The position numbers were made by a program, and so were the translations under genes. A DNA stretch of 64,000 nt, from positions 62,001 to 126,000 of the forward strand of contig NOWV01000208.1 in assembly GCA_003344405.1 (NCBI GenBank), given 5' to 3'. Shown here piece after piece: positions 50,271 to 62,734 of this stretch. The stretch's first letter is position 1. Each line of letters opens with the position of its first letter. Below the pieces are notes generated by a model. The model was not told where the DNA came from and ran no database searches. It was given only the letters and a program-made list of their open reading frames with translations. The stretch is from Trichoplax sp. H2. Lineage: Eukaryota.

Positions 50271-53109
50271 CAACAAATACCGCGAAAAGAGATGGCTCTT
50301 TTAAGCGAAAAATATCGTCTAGATGATTTACTGTAGTGCAATTTATAAGTTTGATCTAGCTGTTTGAGGAGGATCAATTAATTATTAATTTACAATGAAA
50401 TTGATATACTGTACATGATAAGAAATAGGTGTGTCCAATTGATCAATTGTAAGTAAGAATGTCTCTATCCTTGAATTCTAAAGAATTGTAGCCCTTTTTA
50501 ACTGCTTCTTGCTATCCAGTAGCCTCTCATCTATGATCAGTATTGTTCTACGAAATATCTGCTCATAGAAAGAAGTAAATGCGTACGATAGTTGGCTAAT
50601 AAACTGTCATAAAGTCATTAAGTATCTGTGTTGTTATTTGCTATGGCCAGCATAAGTAAATGAGATATACCAAGATGGTATCAGTCCTCAAAAATACTTC
50701 TTCAGCATCAGATGATGCCTTTAGAAAAATTATTATGATGATTGCATACTTACTACTGTATCAATACTGCTTTCTAACTCCTTTAATAAGGAACTTTTAG
50801 TGCTCTAACGAAGTCTTGTTTAACGAAAATCATTCCAATGAGAGCGAGTCATATTAAAAATATGGCCAATCAATAATAACATGATCCTAGTGTGGTATTC
50901 AGTTGTTGGGTCGAAGTTGCTATTCTAATAAACTAAATGTAGTTATAATTGAGATTATTTGTCCAGAAATAGTCATTTTCAGTAGCATGCATCAGATTGA
51001 TGCCAAGATAAAGTATGTTATGTTTTTTTCTGGTTTCGCTAGAATTATCACAATCAAAGTTATTGAACAATGCGTATATGCATTCCCTCCTTAAACTAGC
51101 TCTCAAGAATATTAAATGCTTTAGAATTTAGGAATTTAAAAAATTAGACAATTTATCGCTCGAATAGAATAATTAACCAGCGTTTTATTGCACAGTCATC
51201 TGCAAGGTTACATAATAAATCTTTGTCTTATTACGCGAGTATATTATTACAAACTAGTAGATCCTTGCTATGCACAGCGTGTAACTCTATGTACAAAGCG
51301 TATACTATATACAATACTGTCCTTTTAATTAGCCTATTTACTATTAATTTAGAAACGATGTATAAATTCGATGGATTGATCAAAACAGCTATTACATTCA
51401 TTCTATTTGTCTTCTATTAACTAGGGCTTATAATCGTGTAATATCGCAATATAAATAAATAGAATTTGTAACTCATTTTAATGCAAATATGCAAGTAATG
51501 AAGTGGCAAACGACGATTGGTCAAAAATTAGCAATAAGAAATGTCTTCTTGATGACTAAATCAATGTAATAGAGATTAGACTACAGTTTATGCAATGCTT
51601 TACAACCTTAAAGTTAAATAAAAGGCATAGACTAAAACTGGCCAAAGAATGATAGGTTGCAATGTATCTTCAGTAATGCCAAAACGGTACATTCTGTTAA
51701 ATTATGATTCATCTAGACAGAATAAATTTCAACTCTACTTGAGCTCTAGAATTTCGTATCCTTTGAAAATAAATCTTATAGTTCAACATCAACAGATATC
51801 GAAGAGGTTACCATGTGGCAATAGTTACCATTATAGTAATTAAGGCATTAATGAGTTTTGAAAGTGTAATAGTAGTATAGAGTAACGAGTTGAGTAATTT
51901 AGAATAGGCTTGTATGCCTAATAAAAAGCATTCATACAGTAAATTTTCTAGTAGGACAACGCCGAATAGATGGAATTATTATTTGCAGTATTCCATATTT
52001 TATTTTGATTGACAGTCTGACTAGAGCGCAGGTACAATACTAGAGAAATTTGCCCTTAACATCATGGGTCAATATTTTGGAGTAGTGACTCACTCCAAAT
52101 AAGGTAGAGTAAATTATGATACTTCTCTTTAATTGGTAACGCGGAAGAAGTTATCAGTTAGTACAGCACTCTAAGGCAAAAATTGAACTATCAATAGGTA
52201 TCATTAAAAATACTTATTTTAGTGCAATAAGTACTTTATAATAAAAGGTCTTAAAACTAGAAATGATAAGACTTGGATAGTATGTAAAGTTCACTTTCTT
52301 ACATGAACTACCATACTTCTTCAACCAAGAATACTGCTAGCTATCCATCTTAATAAGACATTCCTAATCAAAGCTATGGTCATAATGAACGAAAAATTTA
52401 ACTAATACTTCCAACTTTGAATTTCAACGCTAGGAATTTAGGGGAAAGCACCTGTTTATTATAATAAATGTCCAAAAATCTTATCAATTGTACTTGAAGA
52501 ATTATAAAAGGACAGAATTACTGCTTTAACCTATCGAACTTCTACGTAAAATACGATTTACTCTCGAATTAGGAAATTCCTAAATTTCACCTTCTCCATC
52601 TTGAACTCCTAAACTGCTGAACTATGCGATCTTTTATTTACTGAGCAGAGCAGTAGAAGGTAACAGACTGCTATCATACCATTCTAAAGTAATCTAAAAT
52701 AGACGAGCAAATAAATATGTATGATAAGAAAAATTATACCTAAAATCGTAGGATGACTAAATTAATATTAATTAATCATAATTTAACTACAAAAGGTATT
52801 TTCTACACCATATAAAATACAGCTATAATAAAACGTCATAAGAGATCATCAATCGTAAAGTAGAACCCTGATTAGAACGTTCGGGTTTCTATTATTTCAT
52901 ACCAGAAAGTGATATCATTTCTACTGTAACATCTAATTAAAATTAGCTGCTAGTTTGTGATCATGATTGCAGCTTAAAATATAGTGCTACCTAAACATAA
53001 AGCTAATTTAACATTCTTACTTTCCGTAGTTCCTAACAAAAATTAAGTTATCGAATGTTATTAAATTCCAACTCGAGTAAAGTGATTGGATTTAAGATAT
53101 ATAAAAAAG

Positions 53110-53222
53110 TAGCGAGTAGAATCTGCTGCAGTTTAACCAAATTAAGTTACTTTTCAAGTTACAATACTTTACTAAAGTTAAAAAGCATGAAGGAGAATTC
53201 TAAAAATTAACCTTCATTACAC
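53110..53222 (-). mobile_element. Diverged fragment of the 45267-45801 element
   Basis: AAGGAGAATTCTAAAAATTAACCTTCATTAC matches the reverse complement of GTAATGAAAGTTAATTTTTAGAGTTCTCCTT at about 45683-45713. Confidence 0.6.
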
Positions 53223-54023
53223 ACTATAGTAATTACTATTTAGTATAGGTACGCTCTTAACACAATTTTGACTTTACTAATGTACAATCTCGTAAATACC
53301 ATGGCAATTTTTTATTATAACATATCACTTTGCAACTTTCTACCATCTATTAGACTATATTGGGGCTGCATAGCACCCTTTTATTAAAGCTATTGACAGT
53401 AGCTATTTGAAACTCCTTCGCAAATAAATGCAGCATGTACATGACAGATAACTTACAGTTGTAAGACTGGCACCGAAGTTTATATTCGAAATCTTAGAGT
53501 ATAACATCGGAAACAACTATCATTTCGGAGATACGCTACCTTAACAGCTCCAAAATAAATTTAATATTTTCAAATCATAGCAATCTACAATTAATTCAAT
53601 AAGCTCAGCGGCTACAGTATGTCATATAATGCTAGATTTGTTTAAAAGTATAGAACAGAATTAAATCATTCACTTAGCATATTCATTATAATGAGTAATA
53701 TAATAAACACTCAGAAATCTAAGATGATTTTGTACCAAAACTGCCACTGCAGTTATAAAAGATATCGTTTTAATATACAATTCACTGGTTAACCTGCAAC
53801 TAACTTTAACACAATACTAAACTGATTTAGTGATTTCATGAGCTTGATAAAATAGAACCATCGTTAAACTAAAATAATCTAGAAACAAAGTATAGAAATC
53901 TCTAATTTCTAACCAAAACCGCTATTATCTATAACAAACCAGCTGAAATCTTTGTGAATCATTTTTAAACGATGGAAAGCAGTAAATTCTATGAAAGCAT
54001 ATCATACAGTCATTCTAGCGTCG

Positions 54024-55169
54024 TTAAGATCCGGCACTGACGACAAAATTATTAAAAGACGACACTGTCAGTATTTTAGGCAATCGGTTCTCTGAGTTGG
54101 TATCCATCACCGACCTCCTAAATTTGCTACAACATTGGAATGGTAGGGCACTGCGAATAGATTGACTAGAATAAAGAAAGATAAGTGGACTTTGAATACA
54201 TAATAATATCAGAAATGCATTTCCGAGGAAAGATATTGAATCGGTTTTCCTGCCCAATCGAAGGAAAAAATAGACTGAATTTTGTGCATTGTATGCAATA
54301 ATAAGATTGGCCATGAAGAATGGCGTACATGTTAATATGAATGTAACTGTCACTAGAATTAACAATTTCACAGTCTTAAGATGGTGCAAATAATTTTTCT
54401 TTAATATTTTATAATTTCGAAGTTGTCCGTCAGTTGGGGTTTCATTTTGCCGCAAAAAGTTCATAATTTTTATATAAATAACATTCACGGTGATGATTGG
54501 AATTAGAAGTGCTGCAATGAACAATGACGTGAAATAGGCTATATTGAAATTAAAACTTATGTATCGAATATTGCACATATATGGATATTCAGCTAGAATA
54601 TCCGCTAAAGTTAAAATGGGTAAAGCTATTAATATTCCAACTACCCAAGTTAGAGTAATTATTGTTTTCAATTTACGAGATGTATTTAGCATGGAGGTCC
54701 GCCGTGATAATCCGGGAGTGATCATATGATAACGTTCGATACTTATGGCAATTAAAGTTACCATTGATAAAATGCAAGCAATTCCATTTACATAATAAGA
54801 AAATTTACACGAAGCAGCAAGAGTAGGAGTCCCCATTAAATGCAACGCTAGGAAACAATTAGTTACAGTTATAGCTGCAGAAGTGAATAAAATGAAAGAA
54901 TGAGAGACTCCAAGATTGATTAATAAATAGAAGGTTGATGTTTGCAATGTTTTTTTCTTTAAAATGCCATAGCAAATCATCGCGTTAACTAGGATACCTA
55001 GTGAAGCCAGCAAAGCTATTATAGGTAATGTAATTTGCAGTTTTCGAAATTCTTGTTTCGCAACAGTTTTTACAATCGACTGATTCAGCGACATATTAAA
55101 CGCCATTAAAGTACGGCTTAAAGTACCACTAAGATTCTTCGCCATAGTCTTATCAGCTAAAATGGCCAA
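54024..55169 (-). CDS. Intronless class A GPCR with atypical TM2/TM7 motifs (first ATG at about 55143)
   Basis: 7TM; INLGVSH in place of NMAISD; CK; SIERY; CTP; SPLIF in place of NPxxY. The ORF track starts at a TTG. Confidence 0.9.
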   Translation of the reverse strand: MAILADKTMAKNLSGTLSRTLMAFNMSLNQSIVKTVAKQEFRKLQITLPIIALLASLGILVNAMICYGILKKKTLQTSTFYLLINLGVSHSFILFTSAAITVTNCFLALHLMGTPTLAASCKFSYYVNGIACILSMVTLIAISIERYHMITPGLSRRTSMLNTSRKLKTIITLTWVVGILIALPILTLADILAEYPYMCNIRYISFNFNIAYFTSLFIAALLIPIITVNVIYIKIMNFLRQNETPTDGQLRNYKILKKNYLHHLKTVKLLILVTVTFILTCTPFFMANLIIAYNAQNSVYFFLRLGRKTDSISFLGNAFLILLCIQSPLIFLYSSQSIRSALPFQCCSKFRRSVMDTNSENRLPKILTVSSFNNFVVSAGS

Positions 55170-58100
55170 AGGTCATTAAGAGCTTTAAATTTTGTAACAG
55201 TTATTGCTCTTCCACAAGACTGGTGAAATTAGCAATGATCAATACTATTACAACATTGAATGTACCCTAAATTACGATTTTCTACTTATAGTGAAAGTTT
55301 AGGTAATTACGAATTGTTTGTTAATAGGCACAGTGGAAGACAGTTACTAGCTAACTTCATGCGTGTTAATTTTATAATGCCGATTAATAATTAAATGTTT
55401 ATAAAGCATGTCAAAGTGTAATATTTAATTATTATGTTAAAAACACAAAGTGACCATTATATGGTAATTTGTGGTTGAATTTTGAAGTTTAGCTTCGGTA
55501 AATCGGATGAATGTTTACATGTATCAATGTTAAATTTACAATATTTGATAATTTTAGAATTCCTAAAAAAATAAAATATCGCAGGATTAAAGTTCCAAGA
55601 TTATTAATTTCAGATAAGATTAATTTACTTTTATGAATCGGATCATTCAAATTAATTTTCATGATTTCTACTGGCTATAGAAAGTCATAATGACAAAAAA
55701 TTGTAATAAATTACATTCTATAAAAAACAGTGCTTTATAGATTTAAAATTGAACTGGTAAAACTTTATTCAATCGCTCGTTGTGTTCGTAATAAACAAAG
55801 CAGTAAATCATTATGGTAGAAACGTAAATAAATTTGATACAACCTATTCCTTTATTCTTTAGGGCGGTCTAATTTACCATACTTACTAATAATAAATGAT
55901 GAATTAAACTTTCCGAGATGAAAAGCAATAGCAATCACATATGACGACAACATGTGAGAAACTTGTAAAATTATATACCTCCTCTAATTTAGTACAGCAA
56001 TTAGTGATAAAATGAATACTTACTTACGGTCATGCCGCACAAATCCAGAAAGCAATATTCTTAAAATGACTTAATATATGAACTACTTTTGTTACATTTT
56101 CAATCACTCGAAAATTTAAATTATGAATTGAGGGCCGGTAGGCAAAGAGTCAAGCTATCATTACAACATTTACAAATGATTCAGCATGTAGTAAGGAAAT
56201 ATTCTTACGAGATACTAAATGAATGTTCATCTTCTTATATGGAGAAAGATTATTCAATTATTTATTACATCTGAAATGTTCGTATAAATCAATTAAAGGT
56301 TACTTTAAGTAGCTGGACATAATTTACCAGTATCTGTTATAACGAATTCAAATAAAAGTTTACTAATCTTCTATATGCTTAAGATTTACAAAGTACACTG
56401 TTTAATCATCCTATTATTTTTGTTTCGGCTATTTCAGTTCTAGATGTTGTACGAAACATTTATACGTTTCAAGTTAAATCCACGAATTTTTGTTAAAATT
56501 GAGTCGTAAAATTTCATTAGCAAGCAATACTGTGTTTAATATCATTTTACCGAGATTAATTAATAAAACTTAAGCGTTGTTTGAGTTTCACCCGTCCATC
56601 CCCATAATTTTAGTTCGCTTTCATACCCTCCTTGAAATCAAAGTAATTGTAGATGTGATGGACGATATAACATAAGTAAATATGTTCATCTTTCTTATGA
56701 TATAAATATCTAAAAAGATTATAACTAGCAGCTAAACTTAAAAATCAGATTATCATTACTAAGGTACTAGAAATGGCTTAATGGATGTATCGGATATCAT
56801 CTGAACATTTCCAACATTTTGCCTATATAATCGAATCGTGTTTATAATGTAAACGACCTATGATGCTCGCAGCATTACTAAATTTTGGCCTCTAGTAGTT
56901 ATAGAAGAGCCGATTGCAGAAGATAGCAGATACATACAGTAGATAGAAGATTATTTATACTGCCGCCAGCTAGATCAGCGATATCCATTAGCCCTTCCTT
57001 CTTATTCAATACAAATTGAAGTGTTTCTAAGTGGATTTTGATCAAGAGGCACATTTTACTATCAAATAGTACAGTAGAAATATCTCAATTCTTTGAATTG
57101 ACTATTAATTTTCTTATTTAAAGACTAGGTAACGTGAACAGATTGTAAAATCGGTTAACTTTGCTCCTACGTCAAAAATTTTGATGACGTCTACCAACAA
57201 ATCAAATATTTTGCAATCTTCCTTTAAAAATTTTAGGTAAAGTAAATAAATATAGGCAGACTTTATTGATATTGATATCAAATGGAAAGCGGCGATGGTA
57301 AACTGAATAATCATTAAAATGCGCCATGTCGTTTTCATGGCATTCTTTTGACGTCAATTGCTCGCTAATTTTTAAAATAACTAAAATTTCACTGTTCTTA
57401 AGAACGCTATCATAAGTATTAATATCTTCAAAAAATGTCAAGCCCGTCACAATGCTAGTCTTAAAAATCTACTGTTGAATCCTTCTGTTTCTCTTAGAAT
57501 TTTTTTAAAAATAAATCTTGTTCTATTTCTTCGCATGGAGGTCTCTATCTTTGCTATTGTATCGCACGTACTATAAAGTCAGCCTTTAAAATGAACGCTT
57601 ATCCCCCAATATAAGCCTTTTGCTTTTTGCTGGCTATTAAAAATTTTGCATAATCTTTTTTGTGCACTAAAGAGAAATAAAATCCCTTCAGGATCACAGA
57701 TGACAATTTTAATCATGTGCAGCCATTCTGGCCTTATCCCTACTACAATCAGTGCATAAATAAAAAATCATACTATCTAGGCGCAAGTTAAAGCTGGATA
57801 AAGCAGTTAAAATTTTCTTGTATCAATAAAGTGAGAAAATAATGATTCCTGATCGAATAGGCAGAAATATGTTGTAGAAATAAAGAGCGAAAGTATGTGA
57901 CTAGCACTTGTTTGTAGATTTCAAAATTTCTCACTCCTTCAATATTCTATACTCGCTATAAATGCTTTATTGCTCAGTTAATAATTATAACTGATACTAA
58001 ATAATTTCTACTTAAAAAAGGATCTCTTGACTTCAAAAATTGCAAGAAATCGGTTTATTTCCTCCAACTAATTAACTTTATTCATACCTGAGCAACTATA

Positions 58101-58480
58101 TGTAGGACTAAATATGGTTAAAAGTAATTTTTATTTCACCATCATCTTATATACTAGTACTGTGTTTTAGTAAAGGATATTTGAAGTCTCGAACGAACTA
58201 ATTTTACTAAGTTTATAACTAATACAATTTACAACGAACAAATTAATTTTGTAGAGTGCACAAAAGAAAACTATACTTTACAGTTTTACCTCGCAAAATA
58301 TATGCATTGACTACTGATTCTAGCATGTTTTTATATTACGCCTTTTTAATCATTAATGGCTAGCAAAGCTAATCGATTCTATCATGTATTTATTCAAGCA
58401 TCATATATGTCGTAGGAACTTTACATTTCTCAACTTTTTGATCAGATAAATTTGAAGTATTCAAAATATGCTATACAAAG

Positions 58481-59120
58481 GAAGTAAAATTCGTTATCGT
58501 ATAGAATGACTTTGATAAAATTATTCTAAACTGTGGCTGTCAATCAAGTTGGACGCAAGGAATCCTTAACAAATATCGGTTATCCAGAGAATTATACAGT
58601 GAGAGTAAGAACGCGCATAATTAGACGGATCTACTATTATTATAGAGTATTAAACTGTCAATGAGTTATCAATGAAACTATAAAAGCACTCCACTGTTTC
58701 ATGTTCAGATGAATTTACAGTTATCAAAATCTAATAGTCATGGAAATAAAATTTTCTATTGTACAGAATAGTATTAGTAAAATTATTCAATTCGACCAAT
58801 TTGGACTTACAGAATCTCTTTTAACAAATATTTGCTGTCCAAAAAATTATACAGTAAGAGTAAGAGCACAAATAAATTAGTAGATCAATCTGCTACTACT
58901 ATTGAGTTAACACAGTACGTGAGTTACTCATCAAACTAATTAAACTTTCTTCGATTTCTTAATCAGATCAATTCGCACTCATCAAAATCTGATACTCATT
59001 GAAATAAAATTCGCTATCATACAGAATGGCATTGGTAAAATTAGTCTATTCTGTTGCTGTCAATCAAGTTGGATATAAAGAACCTTTAAGAGATATAGGC
59101 CATCCACAGAATTATACTGT
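58481..59120. repeat. Diverged tandem repeat, unit about 260 bp, about 2.5 copies
   Basis: GAA(G/A)TAAAATT...AGAAT...TAAAATTA starts near 58481, 58743 and 59001; GCTGTCAATCAAGTTGGA and AATTATAC recur. Confidence 0.8.
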
Positions 59121-59625
59121 AGACACCTTACACTGCTACTAACACCAAGCATTAAAATGTATGTGAAGTACTAATTAAACTTTCTCGCTGCTATATGTAT
59201 TTTTATAATAACGCCTACTTATAAAAGCTCATTTTTTTAGTGACTAATTTTGACATTATTTGCAATTCCTAAGTCATATTTATAAAATAGCAAAGCATTA
59301 GTATTCGCCAATCAAAACCATGCAATTTGGATATCCAGTGGATTCTAAGGATCTATAACAGCGAAGACAAATATACTTTCAAGCATTCATCTTTTGAATG
59401 ATCTTTTTGACTTTGGATTAAACGCTACCACGTTGACTTCGTAACGAGATTTGTATATCTAAAATATTTTAAAGGTGATAATTCTCAGCAATTTATTACG
59501 GTGTAAATTCGGCGGTATCAGACCTCTCAACTTAGCGATAAAAATCGTAAGTAGTTCATAATTTTTTTCTGTAAGCAAATGACAGGATTTAACAAGCATA
59601 CATTTAAAATTAAAGAATTTGTGAT

Positions 59626-60255
59626 TGTCACAAAACAGCTTTGCTACAAGATAACGTAATGTACGATCAATAAGTCAATTCCTTGAACCAAGTATCAAGG
59701 AACGATATCTGTACTATCAGAAACACTTTTGCTCTACTAGCAGACTACACAAAGACTTAAACGCCTACTATTTTACGTTAAACACTAAGTTTGAGAATCC
59801 ACTTTATTGCACAATATACTGCATTTATATACTATTCCTCAATAGTTCATGAGTCACAGTTAGTACGATTAACTTTGGAATCATTTACTGAATTAGATAT
59901 TAATTGTAGCTACTGCTCCCTTAATACAGACAACAGTATTTACTAACTTAGGCATCTGATGACTAATACAGAATAGTCAGATTACGATATGTGCTATCAC
60001 GGAACATTTCCACGATAATTTACAATCTACCATAAGTAAGTTACAATCACAATGATCCGAACTGTAAGTAGATGATTTGCATTCCCTATTATAACGATTA
60101 ATTTCAGTATGTGTATATGTGTCACTATCATAAAAAGTCAGTGCTATATTAAATGGCAGTATATCCAAATTAGAAGTTCACTGAATAAGGATAGGCTAAC
60201 AGAATTATCCTAACATAGATATTTCTACTCTAATACAGTATATAACACTGTCACA
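59626..60255 (-). mobile_element. Solo LTR, 630 bp, perfect TSD GTGAT
   Basis: GTGAT|TGTCACAAAAC...ACTGTCACA|GTGAT; second family member at 33070. Confidence 0.9.
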
Positions 60256-60821
60256 GTGATATAAGATGACATTAACAAATGTGGCAACTCATGTTCATCA
60301 TTTGTTAGTCAGAGCCTTAATTTATCGATTTCAGCAGAAGATTCAACTACATTAGCAGCATTGGAAAACATTTTGAATTGATATAACTTAATTTAAAGAT
60401 CATTTACTAGTCGTATATCATTGTCTGCGGCAAATTTACTCTATCTATGAACACTATCAGTAATAAATGTTTCATTCTAGAAACTTTAATTTCATTGCTT
60501 GAACGATTTAAACCTTATAATTGAAAGTTTTAATCCACGTCATGACGATATTCGAATCAATTTATCGTACATAAACTTTCAATTGGCGTAAATGAGCAAC
60601 TTATAATAGTTGAGTAAATCTACTTATTATAAAATAAGCGTGTAATGTCTTCTAATAGAAGAGAATTACATCAATATCTTTATTCATTGACTGCTTTTTA
60701 ATAAGATATACCACAAATTTTAAAAATTTCGTTTATCAATCAAACATAGCAGCCATTGACTTTCTTGTGATTACATGGAAGACTGTATTATCAATAAATC
60801 TCTCCTTAACTTTTTTTTCGG

Positions 60822-61366
60822 AATAGATCATTTTGCAATAGCGGATAGCATATTAGACTTTCATATAACGTAACTATCAGCTAATTCCTAAAAAATAGAC
60901 TAATAGCTCATTTTACAATTGTGGATGGAATAATACAACTTCATATGAAAACTTCGTAGCTACTTAGTTATCTGCTAATTCATAAAGAAGTAGATGAATA
61001 GATCATTTTGCTATTATGGATAGGATTCTAGGAATTTGTATAAAAACTTTGTAATGACTTAGTTATTGGCCAACCTAGAAAAAATCAAGTAATAGATCAC
61101 TTTGCAATGGTGAATGGCAAGCTAGAAATTCTTCTGAAAACTTCGCAATGACTTAACTATCTGTTAATCCATAAAAATGGACTGATGGGTCATTTAGCAA
61201 TTGTAGATAGCATACTAAAACTTCATATGAAAACTTTACAATGACTTAATTATCTGTTAATCCATAAAATATATTTATAAACTAATAGATCATTTTGCAA
61301 TTGTTAATAGCGTACTAGAACTTCATAAAAATTTCATAATGATTTAATTACCTGTTAGTCCATAAA
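60822..61366. repeat. Diverged minisatellite, six units of about 94 bp
   Basis: AATAGATCATTTTGCAAT-like starts at 60822, 60902, 60997, 61091, 61184 and 61284. Confidence 0.88.
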
Positions 61367-61591
61367 TTCTCCACAAATTTAAAATGTGTAATGCTTATAG
61401 GATAGCCACTCTTTCTTGCATCTATCTTCAAAATTCAGAAATATAAATCTTTTTTTCTACATTTATATGAAGTTAATTCCTACTACAGAAATCCAACAGC
61501 TTGGATCAGCAACATTTTGTCCGGCTAGTTCATATATGAGGTTCCACTTTATACAGTCATCGATAGGATTTAATCGGCATATTTAGATAGC

Positions 61592-61670
61592 ATGGGTTTT
61601 CTCGCCTATATCCTTTTCTTCACCACAGTTATAACGTTTTCAAACCTTCCGGTGGAAGCACAGACAGTAG
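61592..61670 (+). CDS. Exon 1 (signal peptide) of an F5/8 type C (discoidin) domain gene
   Basis: MGFLAYILFFTTVITFSNLPVEA-QTV; phase-1 donor G|GTTTGT is compatible with the acceptor at 61889. Confidence 0.7.
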
Positions 61671-61888
61671 GTTTGTATCGAAATTTTGCAGGACCGACTT
61701 TATTAATTCAACAGCAAGTTATTGACTGTTTAATCTCGACAAAATTGAATATTTGCTTTGCTATTTTCATTTTTTAGTATTAATAGAATTAAAGATGGAT
61801 TACTTTTAAATTATCTATTTCAAACAAACTGGTAACGTATATGATTTTCTAGACTAATATTCTTTGGGCATGATTTTGTTTTTTCCAG

Positions 61889-62199
61889 AATGTGATCGAC
61901 CGCTTGGTCTAAGGGATGGCTCTATTAAAAATAGTCAACTATTTAGTTCTGGTCCAACTACATCGGGCGTTGCCGCACAGTACGCTCGATTATTTTCCAG
62001 TAGTGCATGGTGTATAATGTCTTCGCAATTCGTTGCCGGTTCGCATTATTTGCAAATCGATTTTTTACAAGCAGTCAACGTAACAGCTATCGAAGCTCAA
62101 GGTCAATCAAGATCAGGAGCAACATCCTATTACACTCAATATTGTTCAACTGCCGAGACTTCCTCTTGCCAATTTATATTGGAAAACGGAGGCCCCAAG
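61889..62199 (+). CDS. Exon 2, N-terminal part of discoidin domain 1
   Basis: TTTTCCAG acceptor; CDRPLGLRDGSI...ARL...SAWC...YLQIDF...VTAIEAQG; donor AAG|GT. Confidence 0.88.
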
Positions 62200-62396
62200 G
62201 TTATATACCAGTCTTTGAATTATATTTGATGACTCAACTAGTAAAATGATTTACGTTATACGATTATAATTCCAGAGACTAAAATATATACATAAAGGAA
62301 TGAAGCACCAATAGCTTAATCAAGATAGCAAAAAGATAAAAAATTACTCTTCTGCTAGGATACGCATGTAAATATTGAATTTCTATCATTTGCTAG

Positions 62397-62571
62397 GAAT
62401 TTATAGGCAGGGCTGATGGAGAAGAAAGTATTTTAACAAGATTGCCTAACCGAGTGCTTACTCGTTATATACGTATTTATCCTTTACAATTTGTGAACAA
62501 TCCTTGTATGAGATTAGAAATTTATGGTTGCTCAGCGATTGATTTTACTCCTGCGCCTGCAACGACAGATG
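62397..62571 (+). CDS. Exon 3, C-terminal part of discoidin domain 1 (absent from the ORF track)
   Basis: TGCTAG acceptor; translates EFIGRADG...TRYIRIYP...PCMRLEIYGC; phase-1 donor G|GTAGGT. Confidence 0.88.
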
Positions 62572-62734
62572 GTAGGTTCAATAGTGTTCGAAAGCGCTAA
62601 TTAAACATTTCAATATCTGCTCGTTGCTACTCATGAAATAGTTGCCTAGTTCTGCTAACAATATTACTCACGATTCATATTCTCTCGGTACGCTAATCAT
62701 TATTACGTTATTAAACTGGGATCACTTTCAACAG

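Noticed and set aside
50144..50377. 77-aa minus-strand ORF
   Set aside because: Overlaps the GPCR relic in a different frame and spans the deletion junction; likely incidental.
60822..61366. Regularly spaced repeats as a possible CRISPR array
   Set aside because: Whole units are homologous with no unique spacers, there are no cas genes, and the context is eukaryotic.
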